Part shown: positions 1-7,421 of the stretch, piece by piece
Layout: each line of letters begins with the position of its first letter
Numbering within the stretch: position 1 is the first letter of the stretch
IMG/VR virus record: IMGVR_UViG_2778260996_000004
From: a virus
Taxonomy: Duplodnaviria > Heunggongvirae > Uroviricota > Caudoviricetes
DNA length: 21,068 bases
Strand: one strand, 5' to 3'
Translations under genes and position numbers: made by a program
The notes under the pieces: model-generated
What the model was told of the DNA's origin: nothing
The model's input: only the letters and a program-made list of their open reading frames with translations
Database searches by the model: none

Positions 1-55
1 GCACCACCCCGTCAGTAGCTGAACAGGAGGGACAGCTGATAGAAACAGAAGCCAC
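1..55 (-). CDS. insA: IS1 InsA, N-terminal fragment (truncated by window edge)
   Basis: Minus-strand translation from GTG (revcomp of 53-55) gives VASVSISCPSCSATDGVV, matching the InsA N-terminus as I recall it. Confidence 0.7.
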   Translation of the reverse strand, partial: MASVSISCPSCSATDGVV

Positions 56-110
56 TGGAGCACCTCAAAAACACCATCATACACTAAATCAGTAAGTTGG
101 CAGCATCACC
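1..110 (-). mobile_element. IS1 insertion sequence, left end (about 110 bp of a 768-bp element; remainder lies upstream of the window)
   Basis: Minus-strand reading of 1-110 is GGTGATGCTGCCAACTTACTGATTTAGTGTATGATGG...CTGACGGGGTGGTGC, which I recognise from memory as the IS1 left terminal inverted repeat plus insA leader (the same segment survives in Tn9/pACYC-type vectors). IR terminus at 110. No search run. Confidence 0.85.
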
Positions 111-121
111 GGGAGGTTATT

Positions 122-739
122 ATGGATAAAAATGTAGAGCATGTATTAGTTGATGCAATTGAAAATAAGCAATCTTTAACAGTCGTTTACTTAGGAGGGA
201 GCCAGCCCGGAACATTAAGGAATATTTCTCCGATTAGTATAAATGGGGATAAGTTGCGGGCAAGATGCCATAGTTCTGGAGCAGTAAAGGTTTTCAATCT
301 TGGGAAAATACAGTTACCCAGTGACTCCTGCGCGGTATCTATGCATTATGGAGATTTAGAAGTTAAAGCTTATGAGACGATGCAGAGCGTAAATGACAAC
401 TTTCATGCCCTTTATCCTGAAGGACGATGGGGTGTTGATTTTAATGAGCATCGCTTTGCTTTATTTGATTTTTTTAAAAACGGGAAACGAAAAAAAACGG
501 CATTTATGGCAATTGAGTTCAGGGAAAGAGATGAAGAGAAAATAATAACAGGTGTAACAATTGATATTGGTATATCTGGAACAGTGATTTCTGAGAAATC
601 CCGAATCCCAAAAAGACGACCATGGGTAGTGGTTGGTCCCGAACACGGAGAATACAGTACTTATTCAACTTTGGACAAGGCTGCTACAGCGTTTTTTGAG
701 AGGCTTTCGTTGATAGCATCCGGCCTGGAAGATAATTGA
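122..739 (+). CDS. hypothetical protein, 205 aa, AT-rich orphan/cargo gene; possible N-terminal SH3-like (WYL-like) beta-barrel; function unknown
   Basis: Intact ORF with GGGAGG (111-116) 5 nt before ATG 122; followed by an intrinsic terminator; composition visibly more AT-rich than the rest of the window (my rough estimate about 40% GC against more than 50% elsewhere). No family recognised. Confidence 0.75.
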   Translation: MDKNVEHVLVDAIENKQSLTVVYLGGSQPGTLRNISPISINGDKLRARCHSSGAVKVFNLGKIQLPSDSCAVSMHYGDLEVKAYETMQSVNDNFHALYPEGRWGVDFNEHRFALFDFFKNGKRKKTAFMAIEFRERDEEKIITGVTIDIGISGTVISEKSRIPKRRPWVVVGPEHGEYSTYSTLDKAATAFFERLSLIASGLEDN

Positions 740-868
740 TTTTATGTTTGGTATTCAGAGTTCGCCGTGCTTAAGAAAGTCAAGATTCTAAAAATACTGA
801 ATGAGCTACTTGTGTTATAACAAAAATGCTATTAGTGTGTTAAGAGTGGTTACTTCGCCACACAACTT

Positions 869-893
869 AAACCCGCCACTGAGCGGGTTTTTT
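869..893 (+). terminator. rho-independent terminator downstream of the 205-aa gene
   Basis: AAA-CCCGC-cactga-GCGGG-TTTTTT: 5-bp GC stem (872-876/883-887), 6-nt loop, T6 tract, A-tract on the 5' side. Confidence 0.6.
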
Positions 894-1015
894 GTACCTG
901 TAAACTTGGTGCAGTACAGTAAACACGCTGGTGGTCGTGAATACTGACTTTTTATCTTGCTGGCTTTTTAGACAAGAGTTATTGGTATGTCATGTTAACC
1001 AGAAGGGAAAAAGAC

Positions 1016-1219
1016 ATGCTAAAACAGCAAGATATGACAGAAACCGCCGCCGCAGTCCTTCATTTCTTACCTGCTGACAAGTGGGTAACGCCACGCATGA
1101 TGACGAGAACTACCGGAGTAAGCGAAGCCCGGTGCCAGTTAATACTGACTCAGTTAGTTCTGGCGGGGCTGGCGAAGGATAACGGCGGGTACGGGAATAA
1201 ATTCAGACGCTGCCAGTAA
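1016..1219 (+). CDS. small winged-helix-like DNA-binding protein (about 67 aa; ORF opens at 992)
   Basis: ORF 992-1219; internal ATG 1016 is preceded by AGAAGGGA. Segment TRTTGVSEARCQLILTQLVLAGLAK has the look of an HTH recognition helix. Short ORF, no family assignment. Confidence 0.45.
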   Translation: MLKQQDMTETAAAVLHFLPADKWVTPRMMTRTTGVSEARCQLILTQLVLAGLAKDNGGYGNKFRRCQ

Positions 1220-1369
1220 TGGCGGTTTCCTGCTGTGAAAATGGGCGGCTGGTGGGTGTTGGTAGCACCTGCCAGCCATTCGCTCATGCTTACTGGTCAC
1301 AAGCGAACCACGGCCCACTGCTTTAGCGCAAAAGCAGAGTGAGCCTACCAGAGTTACGCTTACTGATCC

Positions 1370-2422
1370 ATGAAAAATACTGTAAAAATAAACAGTGTTG
1401 ATTTAATCAACGCTGATTGCCTGCATTTTATTCAGTCCCTGCCTGATGATTCCATTGACCTGATTGTTACCGATCCGCCGTACTTCAAGGTGAAACCCAA
1501 CGGTTGGGACAATCAGTGGAAAGGGGACGAAGATTACCTTAAGTGGCTGGACCACTGTCTGGCCCAGTTCTGGCGGGTGTTAAAACCTGCCGGAAGCCTT
1601 TATCTGTTCTGTGGGCATCGCCTGGCATCTGATATTGAGATCATGATGCGTGAACGTTTCAACGTGCTTAACCATATCATCTGGGCGAAGCCGTCCGGAC
1701 GTTGGAATGGGTGTAATAAAGAAAGTCTGCGCGCATATTTTCCTGCCACAGAGCGCGTTCTGTTTGCTGAACATTACCAGGGGCCATATCGCGGCAAAAG
1801 TGACGGCTATGCAGCAAAAGAAAGGGAACTCAAACAGCACATAATGGCACCGCTGATATCGTATTTCAGGGATGCTCGTGCCGAACTGGGTATAACGGCA
1901 AAACAAATTGCCGAAGCCACAGGTAAGAAAAATATGGTTTCCCACTGGTTTGGTGCCAGTCAGTGGCAGTTGCCGAATGAGGCTGACTATCGGAAGTTAC
2001 AGGCACTGTTTTCCCGTATAGCGGCAGAGAAGTTTCAGGAACAACAACTGGAACAACCACACCACCAGCTGGTGGCATCTTATGATTCACTGAATCGCAA
2101 ATATTCTGAATTGCTGGATGAGTTTAAATCTCTCCGGCGCTATTTCTCCGTATCAGTCTCCGTGCCTTATACCGATGTCTGGACGCATAAACCCGTTCAG
2201 TTCTACCCGGGTAAACATCCGTGCGAGAAACCGGCGGATATGCTCCGGCAAATAATCAATGCCAGTAGTCGCCCTGGTGATCTGGTTGCTGATTTCTTTA
2301 TGGGATCCGGTTCCACAATAAAAGCAGCAATGGCGCTGGGGCGTCGGGCGTTAGGTGTTGAACTTGAGTCAGAGCGGTTTAATCAGACGGTGAAAGAGGT
2401 AAGTGAACTGGTGGGGAAATAA
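1370..2422 (+). CDS. DNA methyltransferase, beta-class amino-MTase (N6-adenine or N4-cytosine), phage orphan type
   Basis: DPPY motif IV near the N-terminus (LIVTDPPYF) and FxGxG motif I near the C-terminus (DFFMGSGST), the beta-class motif order; 350 aa. Confidence 0.9.
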   Translation: MKNTVKINSVDLINADCLHFIQSLPDDSIDLIVTDPPYFKVKPNGWDNQWKGDEDYLKWLDHCLAQFWRVLKPAGSLYLFCGHRLASDIEIMMRERFNVLNHIIWAKPSGRWNGCNKESLRAYFPATERVLFAEHYQGPYRGKSDGYAAKERELKQHIMAPLISYFRDARAELGITAKQIAEATGKKNMVSHWFGASQWQLPNEADYRKLQALFSRIAAEKFQEQQLEQPHHQLVASYDSLNRKYSELLDEFKSLRRYFSVSVSVPYTDVWTHKPVQFYPGKHPCEKPADMLRQIINASSRPGDLVADFFMGSGSTIKAAMALGRRALGVELESERFNQTVKEVSELVGK

Positions 2423-2429
2423 TTCTGGT

Positions 2430-2455
2430 GGCCACGTTGCGTGGCCTTTTTATTT
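2430..2455 (+). terminator. intrinsic terminator-like hairpin after the methyltransferase
   Basis: GGCCACG-ttg-CGTGGCC (7-bp perfect stem) followed by TTTTTATTT, 8 nt after the MTase stop. Confidence 0.5.
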
Positions 2456-2498
2456 CCAACACAGCACCCGCAAATATCGCGAGGTGAGAGATGACGAA

Positions 2499-2834
2499 AT
2501 GCCTCATAACCCAAATACCTGGCCGGACTGGCTGGAGTTGTTTCAGAGCTGGTGGCGTGGAGACACGCCGCTGGGTGCAGTGATTATGTCGATCGTTATG
2601 GCTGGTTTGCGCATCGCCTATTTTGGCGGTGGTGGTGGCTGGAAGCGAAAAACGCTCGAGATTTTGCTCTGTGGCGCTCTGACGCTGACCTTTGCATCCG
2701 CTCTTGAGTATGTCGGATGGCCTAAATCACTTTCTGTTGCCATTGGTGGCGGTGTGGGGCTGATCGGTGTCGATGCTATTCGTGGGGCTGCAATGCGAGT
2801 AATCGGTAACAAGTTTGGTGGCTCTAAGGAGTAA
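2499..2834 (+). CDS. putative holin, class I topology (three hydrophobic segments), 111 aa
   Basis: Sits directly upstream of the endolysin gene; three hydrophobic/Gly-rich segments and a charged C-terminal tail; GAGGTG upstream of ATG 2499. The ORF track extends it to GTG 2403, but that extension contains the terminator hairpin. Not lambda-S-like in sequence. Confidence 0.6.
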   Translation: MPHNPNTWPDWLELFQSWWRGDTPLGAVIMSIVMAGLRIAYFGGGGGWKRKTLEILLCGALTLTFASALEYVGWPKSLSVAIGGGVGLIGVDAIRGAAMRVIGNKFGGSKE

Positions 2835-2837
2835 TTT

Positions 2838-3314
2838 ATGCAGGTACTAAATTCCCAGCGTAAAGCTTTCCTCGATATGTTGGCGTGGTCAGAAGGAACG
2901 GATAACGGGCGACAGCCAACCCGCAATCACGGCTACGACGTTATTGTAGGTGGTGAGTTATTCACGGATTACTCCGATCATCCTCGCAAACTTGTCACGC
3001 TAAACCCCAAACTCAAATCAACAGCCGCCGGACGTTACCAGCTTCTTTCACGCTGGTGGGATGCTTACCGTAAACAGCTTGGCCTGAAAGATTTTTCTCC
3101 AGAAAGCCAGGACGCTGTAGCTCTGCAGCAGATTAAAGAGCGTGGCGCTTTACCGATGATTGATCGCGGTGATATTCGTCAGGCTATCGACCGTTGCAGC
3201 AATATCTGGGCTTCACTACCGGGCGCTGGTTATGGTCAGTTCGAGCATAAAGTTGACAGCCTGATTGCAAAATTCAAAGAAGCAGGCGGAACGGTCAGAG
3301 AGATTGAGGTATGA
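2838..3314 (+). CDS. R: endolysin, lambda R-type lytic transglycosylase
   Basis: 158 aa, near-identical to lambda R as I recall it ([22 protein letters not shown]...GTVREI.V); AAGGAG RBS at 2826-2831. Confidence 0.95.
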   Translation: MQVLNSQRKAFLDMLAWSEGTDNGRQPTRNHGYDVIVGGELFTDYSDHPRKLVTLNPKLKSTAAGRYQLLSRWWDAYRKQLGLKDFSPESQDAVALQQIKERGALPMIDRGDIRQAIDRCSNIWASLPGAGYGQFEHKVDSLIAKFKEAGGTVREIEV

Positions 3315-3778
3315 GCAGAGTAACCGCGATTATCTCCGCTCTGGTTATTTGTATCATCGCCTGCCTGTCATGGGCTGTTAATCATTACCGTGATAACGCC
3401 ATCGCCTACAAAGAACAGCGTGATAAAAAAGTCAGTGAGCTGAAGCAGGCGACCGCCACCATCGCTGACATGCAGCAGCGTCAGCGTGATGTTGCTGCGA
3501 TCGATGCAAAATACACGAAGGAGTTAGCCGATGCGAAAACTGAAAATGAAACTCTGCGCGCTGATGTTGCCGCTGGTCGTAAGCGCCTGCGGGTCAATGC
3601 CAGTTGCTCCGCAGCCGTGCGTGAAGCCACCGGACCCACCAGCATGGATAATGCAACCAGCCCCCGACTGGCAGACACCGCTGAACGGGATTATTTCACC
3701 CTCAGAGAACGGTTGATGACGATGCAGAAGCAACTGGAAGGGGCGCAGGAATATATCCGCACCCAGCGCATTAAGTAG
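3311..3778 (+). CDS. Rz: i-spanin Rz
   Basis: 155 aa, strongly lambda-Rz-like ([16 protein letters not shown]...); start overlaps the R stop (GTATGA). Confidence 0.9.
   Translation: MSRVTAIISALVICIIACLSWAVNHYRDNAIAYKEQRDKKVSELKQATATIADMQQRQRDVAAIDAKYTKELADAKTENETLRADVAAGRKRLRVNASCSAAVREATGPTSMDNATSPRLADTAERDYFTLRERLMTMQKQLEGAQEYIRTQRIK
3531..3716 (+). CDS. Rz1: o-spanin Rz1 (lipoprotein), embedded in Rz in the +1 frame
   Basis: 61 aa; signal peptide with lipobox-like LVVSAC, proline-rich mature part ([30 protein letters not shown]) matching lambda Rz1; AAGGAG RBS at 3517-3522. Confidence 0.85.
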   Translation: MRKLKMKLCALMLPLVVSACGSMPVAPQPCVKPPDPPAWIMQPAPDWQTPLNGIISPSENG

Positions 3779-4162
3779 ATGGAGAAAAAACACGAATCTG
3801 TGGTTTTTACTGAGCGCGGTGTACACGGTGGAACATATGGCGGGAAGTTTGTTGCTTATGATTATGCAGCATGGCTAAACCCCGGATTTAAATATGCAGC
3901 CTATAAAGTCCTGGATGACTACTTCACCGGAGAACTTCAGCATCGCAACAGCTTAAGTGCGCAGCTCAATATGAAGTGTCATGAGTTTGATCAGAAAAAA
4001 GATATGGCGAGCTTCTGTGGACAAGGGCTGGCGGCATGGCGCTATACGAAGCCAGTGTTGGTCGCTGAGATTAACTCCCTGGCTAACCAGCTGCAGATAA
4101 CGATCCCCGGGCTGTCCGGTATTTGCCGGTATGAAATTACCGGAAGGCGCGGTCGTTACTGA
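3779..4162 (+). CDS. hypothetical protein, 127 aa, possible KilA-N/APSES-type DNA-binding domain
   Basis: ATG 3779 immediately follows the Rz stop (TAGATG). Motif GTYGGKFVAYDYAAWLNPGFKYAAYKVL resembles the KilA-N pattern from memory; no SD evident. Confidence 0.45.
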   Translation: MEKKHESVVFTERGVHGGTYGGKFVAYDYAAWLNPGFKYAAYKVLDDYFTGELQHRNSLSAQLNMKCHEFDQKKDMASFCGQGLAAWRYTKPVLVAEINSLANQLQITIPGLSGICRYEITGRRGRY

Positions 4163-4419
4163 GTAACAGCAGGCATTACAGCAGCCCTTCACTGAGGGGC
4201 TGCGATAATGTGAGGAATAAAAAACCGGCAGGGGAAATCCATTGAAGATTTGCCGGTGGCAAAAGATGGCCATGCTTTTAACCTTAGTAGCAGAGTTACG
4301 GAGTTCAACAACGACCGTCGCCGTTATCTTGCTGAAAGGCGTTTCAATGATTTTCATCAATTTATTCATCAGCAATGGTGATAATCACTCTCATTTTGGC
4401 GGGTCCTTCCGGTGGGGTG

Positions 4420-4450
4420 GCCTGCCACGGGGCGGGAGCGGCGCGGAAAA
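4420..4450. other. candidate cohesive-end site (cosN-like), with the AT-rich region 4450-4615 as candidate cosB/IHF region
   Basis: ACGGGGCGGGAGCGGCGCGG (4427-4446) shares the ACGGGGCGG core with lambda cosN as I recall it; lies about 170 bp upstream of the terminase small-subunit start and is followed by a strongly AT-rich stretch. Confidence 0.35.
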
Positions 4451-4615
4451 AGGCTAGTTTTTGAAATTTCATTCGTCATCACCACTACTGTAATGCATTG
4501 ATATTGCATTAGTTTTATTTTTATGGTGTCGATTTTGATTGTTTTTTGTTCATCACTAACACCGTTTGCCTAAAGTTGTTCGCAAGATGCATGTTTAAAA
4601 CATTCTGGAGCGGGT

Positions 4616-5110
4616 ATGGATCAAGAGTTAAAAAATCTGACGCTGAATATCAGTCAACTGGCGGCACTGTCAGGTGTACATCGCCAGACTGCTGCGGCAA
4701 GGCTGCAAAATCTACCCGTTGCAGGGGGGCATGAAAGCAACCTCAAGCTTTATCGGGTGGTTGATATTGTGTCGGCATTTCTGGCATTACCACCGCCGGT
4801 TGCAGAAGGCGAAATGGACGCGCATGAGCGCAAAGCCTGGTATCAGTCTGAACGTGAGCGTCTTAAGTTCGAACAGGAAACGGCACAACTCATTCCGGCC
4901 AGTGATGTCAGACGGGAGTTTGCCATCTGGGCAAAAGCGGTCGTGCAGGTACTGGAGACATTACCGGATATTCTGGAACGTGACTGCGGTCTGCAGCCTG
5001 CCGCTGTGAGCCGTGTTCAGTCCATTATTGATGATCTGCGCGATCAGATAGCCCTGCGGGTGACCGAAGCAGGTGCGGATGATGAGGAGGAATTACAGCA
5101 GGAGGAGTAA
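4616..5110 (+). CDS. terminase small subunit
   Basis: 164 aa; position immediately upstream of and overlapping the large terminase (TAATG); N-terminal HTH-like segment (LTLNISQLAALSGVHRQTAAARL); acidic C-terminus. Confidence 0.7.
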   Translation: MDQELKNLTLNISQLAALSGVHRQTAAARLQNLPVAGGHESNLKLYRVVDIVSAFLALPPPVAEGEMDAHERKAWYQSERERLKFEQETAQLIPASDVRREFAIWAKAVVQVLETLPDILERDCGLQPAAVSRVQSIIDDLRDQIALRVTEAGADDEEELQQEE

Positions 5111-7212
5111 TGCTGAATCAGGAAACCGCAAAGGCAGCACGAACCGATTCAGGTTATATCCTTCGCGCACCGAGACGAATGCGGGTTGCTGATGCCGTTG
5201 CTCAGTATATGCGGGTGCCCATGGGGGCAGGGAACTCAGTCCCGTGGGATCCGCTGGTGGCACCGTATGTTATTGAGCCGATGAACTGCCTGGCCTCGCG
5301 TGAATACGACGCAGTGATATTTGTTGGTCCGGCACGAACCGGCAAGACTATCGGCCTGATTGACGGCTGGGTGATTTACAACGTGATTTGCGATCCTGCG
5401 GATATGCTGATCATTCAGATGACGGAGGAAAAAGCCCGCGAACACTCCAAAAAACGACTTGCCAGAACGTTTCGCGTCAGCCCGGAAGTGGTCAGTCGCC
5501 TGAGTCCGAACAAAAATGACAACAACGTTTATGACAGAACATTCCTTGCTGGCAACTACCTGAAAATCGGCTGGCCGTCAGTCAATATCATGTCCTCATC
5601 AGATTATAAATGCGTGGCGCTGACGGATTATGACCGTTTTCCGGAAGATATTGATGGCGAGGGGGATGCCTTCTCTCTTGCCTCAAAACGTACCACCACA
5701 TTTATGTCCAGTGGTATGACGCTGGTGGAGAGTTCCCCCGGCAGGGATGTGAAGGATGTGAAATGGCGACGGACTTCACCGCATGAGGCTCCACCAACCA
5801 CGGGGATACTGTCACTCTATAACCGTGGCGATCGACGTCGCTGGTACTGGCCCTGCCCACACTGTGGTGAGTATTTTCAGCCCTGCGGCGATGTGGTTGC
5901 TGGTTTCCGTGATATTGCCGATCCTGTGCTGGCAAGTGAGGCGGCTTATATTCAGTGTCCTTCCTGTTCAGGACGGATTATGCCTGAACAAAAACGTGAG
6001 CTGAACGGACGTGGGGTCTGGTTGCGGGATGGTGAATCCATCAATGCGGATGGCAGTCGTTATGGTGATCCCCGACGCTCACGTATTGCGTCATTCTGGA
6101 TGGAGGGTCCGGCAGCTGCTTACCAGACACTCTCGCAACTCGTTTACAAACTGCTTACTGCAGAACAGGAATACGAGACAACCGGAAGTGAAGAAACACT
6201 CAAGACGGTTATCAATACCGACTGGGGATTACCTTATCTTCCCCGTGCCAGCATGGAGCAACGAAAAAGTGAACTGCTTGAGCAGCGGGCAGAGCCAGTT
6301 CCTTCCCGCAGTGTGCCGGATGGCGTTAATTTCCTGGTGGCGACAGTTGATGTGCAGGCGGGACGTCATCGCCGTTTTGTGGTTCAGGTAACGGGCTATG
6401 GCAGCCGTGGCGAACGCTGGATTATTGATCGTTACAACATCACGCAGTCATTGCGCGGTGACAGCGACGGGGAGAGCCAGCGAATTGATCCGGCCAGCTA
6501 TCCGGAAGACTGGGATGTCCTGCTGACGGATGTTTTTCATAAAAGCTGGCCGCTGGCCTCCGATCCTTCTCAACAAATGCGACTGATGGCAATGGCGGTG
6601 GATTCCGGCGGTGAAGACGGGGTCACTGATAATGCCTATAAATTCTGGCGTCGTTGCCGTCGTGATGGCCTTGGTAAACGTATTTACTTGTTTAAGGGCG
6701 ACAGCATCCGGCGCGCAAAACTGATCACCCGTACATTCCCTGATAACACCGGACGAACGGGCCGACGGGCGCAGGCCGCAGGTGATGTGCCGCTCTGGCT
6801 TCTTCAGACGGATGCCCTGAAAGACCGGGTGAATAACGCGTTATGGCGTGACTCTCCAGGTCCCGGCTATGTGCATTTCCCTGACTGGCTGGGGAGCTGG
6901 TTTTACGACGAACTGACGTATGAAGAGCGGAGCAGTGACGGGAAATGGAGTAAGCCGGGTCGCGGTGCCAACGAAGCTTTTGACCTGATGGTGTATGCCG
7001 AGGCTCTGGTCATTCTGCATGGATACGAAAAGATCCGCTGGCCGGATGCACCGGAATGGGCGAGCCGGGAAACCTGGCTGGAGTGTGTCCCGGACAGTAC
7101 CAAACCGTCACCCTCACCGGAACCGGTATCCACGCCTGTTAAAAAACAAAAACGGAAGAAAACAGTAACTGACGATGTTAACCCCTGGCTGACTTCCGGA
7201 GGATGGTTATGA
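5110..7212 (+). CDS. terminase large subunit, GpA family
   Basis: 700 aa; Walker-A-like GPARTGKT; Cys motifs CPHCGEYF...CPSC; position between small terminase and portal. Confidence 0.9.
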   Translation: MLNQETAKAARTDSGYILRAPRRMRVADAVAQYMRVPMGAGNSVPWDPLVAPYVIEPMNCLASREYDAVIFVGPARTGKTIGLIDGWVIYNVICDPADMLIIQMTEEKAREHSKKRLARTFRVSPEVVSRLSPNKNDNNVYDRTFLAGNYLKIGWPSVNIMSSSDYKCVALTDYDRFPEDIDGEGDAFSLASKRTTTFMSSGMTLVESSPGRDVKDVKWRRTSPHEAPPTTGILSLYNRGDRRRWYWPCPHCGEYFQPCGDVVAGFRDIADPVLASEAAYIQCPSCSGRIMPEQKRELNGRGVWLRDGESINADGSRYGDPRRSRIASFWMEGPAAAYQTLSQLVYKLLTAEQEYETTGSEETLKTVINTDWGLPYLPRASMEQRKSELLEQRAEPVPSRSVPDGVNFLVATVDVQAGRHRRFVVQVTGYGSRGERWIIDRYNITQSLRGDSDGESQRIDPASYPEDWDVLLTDVFHKSWPLASDPSQQMRLMAMAVDSGGEDGVTDNAYKFWRRCRRDGLGKRIYLFKGDSIRRAKLITRTFPDNTGRTGRRAQAAGDVPLWLLQTDALKDRVNNALWRDSPGPGYVHFPDWLGSWFYDELTYEERSSDGKWSKPGRGANEAFDLMVYAEALVILHGYEKIRWPDAPEWASRETWLECVPDSTKPSPSPEPVSTPVKKQKRKKTVTDDVNPWLTSGGWL

Positions 7213-7421
7213 ACCAGAATGATATCGAAGCCATGATTCAGCGTTATACGGAAGCTGAAATGGCGGTGCTGGACGGAAAATCCGTCACCTTTAATGGTCA
7301 GCAGATGACCATGGAAAACTTATCTGAGATCCGGCAGGGACGGCAGGAGTGGGAGCGCCGCCTTGCGGCTCTGATTACACGACGACGGGGGCATCCCGGG
7401 TACCGGCTGGCGAGGTTCTGA
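7209..7421 (+). CDS. head-tail joining protein, gpW-like
   Basis: 70 aa from ATG 7209 (GGAGG at 7198-7202, 6-nt spacer); C-terminal RRRGHPGY resembles the lambda W C-terminus; start overlaps the terminase stop, stop overlaps the portal start (TGATG). Confidence 0.6.
   Translation: MNQNDIEAMIQRYTEAEMAVLDGKSVTFNGQQMTMENLSEIRQGRQEWERRLAALITRRRGHPGYRLARF

Noticed and set aside
1-110. First 110 bp looked like cloning-vector (pACYC/p15A-type) contamination
   Set aside because: The vector segment I remembered is itself an IS1 remnant from Tn9. Here the sequence leads into a native prophage gene with its own RBS, so a genomic IS1 copy is the simpler reading.
3953-4375. 140-aa minus-strand ORF overlapping the KilA-N-like gene
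   Set aside because: Overlaps a plus-strand ORF by about 210 nt; Cys/Ser-rich with no recognisable features. Not fully excluded, because the opposite strand of this slot is used for cargo in lambda.
4242-4457. 71-aa plus-strand ORF ending over the candidate cos site
   Set aside because: Gly/Ser/Arg-rich translation of GC-rich cos-proximal DNA with no RBS; more likely non-coding.
4546-5009. ORFs 4546-4734 and 4674-5009 in alternative frames over the small terminase gene
   Set aside because: Overlap the better-supported terminase small-subunit frame; Cys/Arg-rich with no start context.
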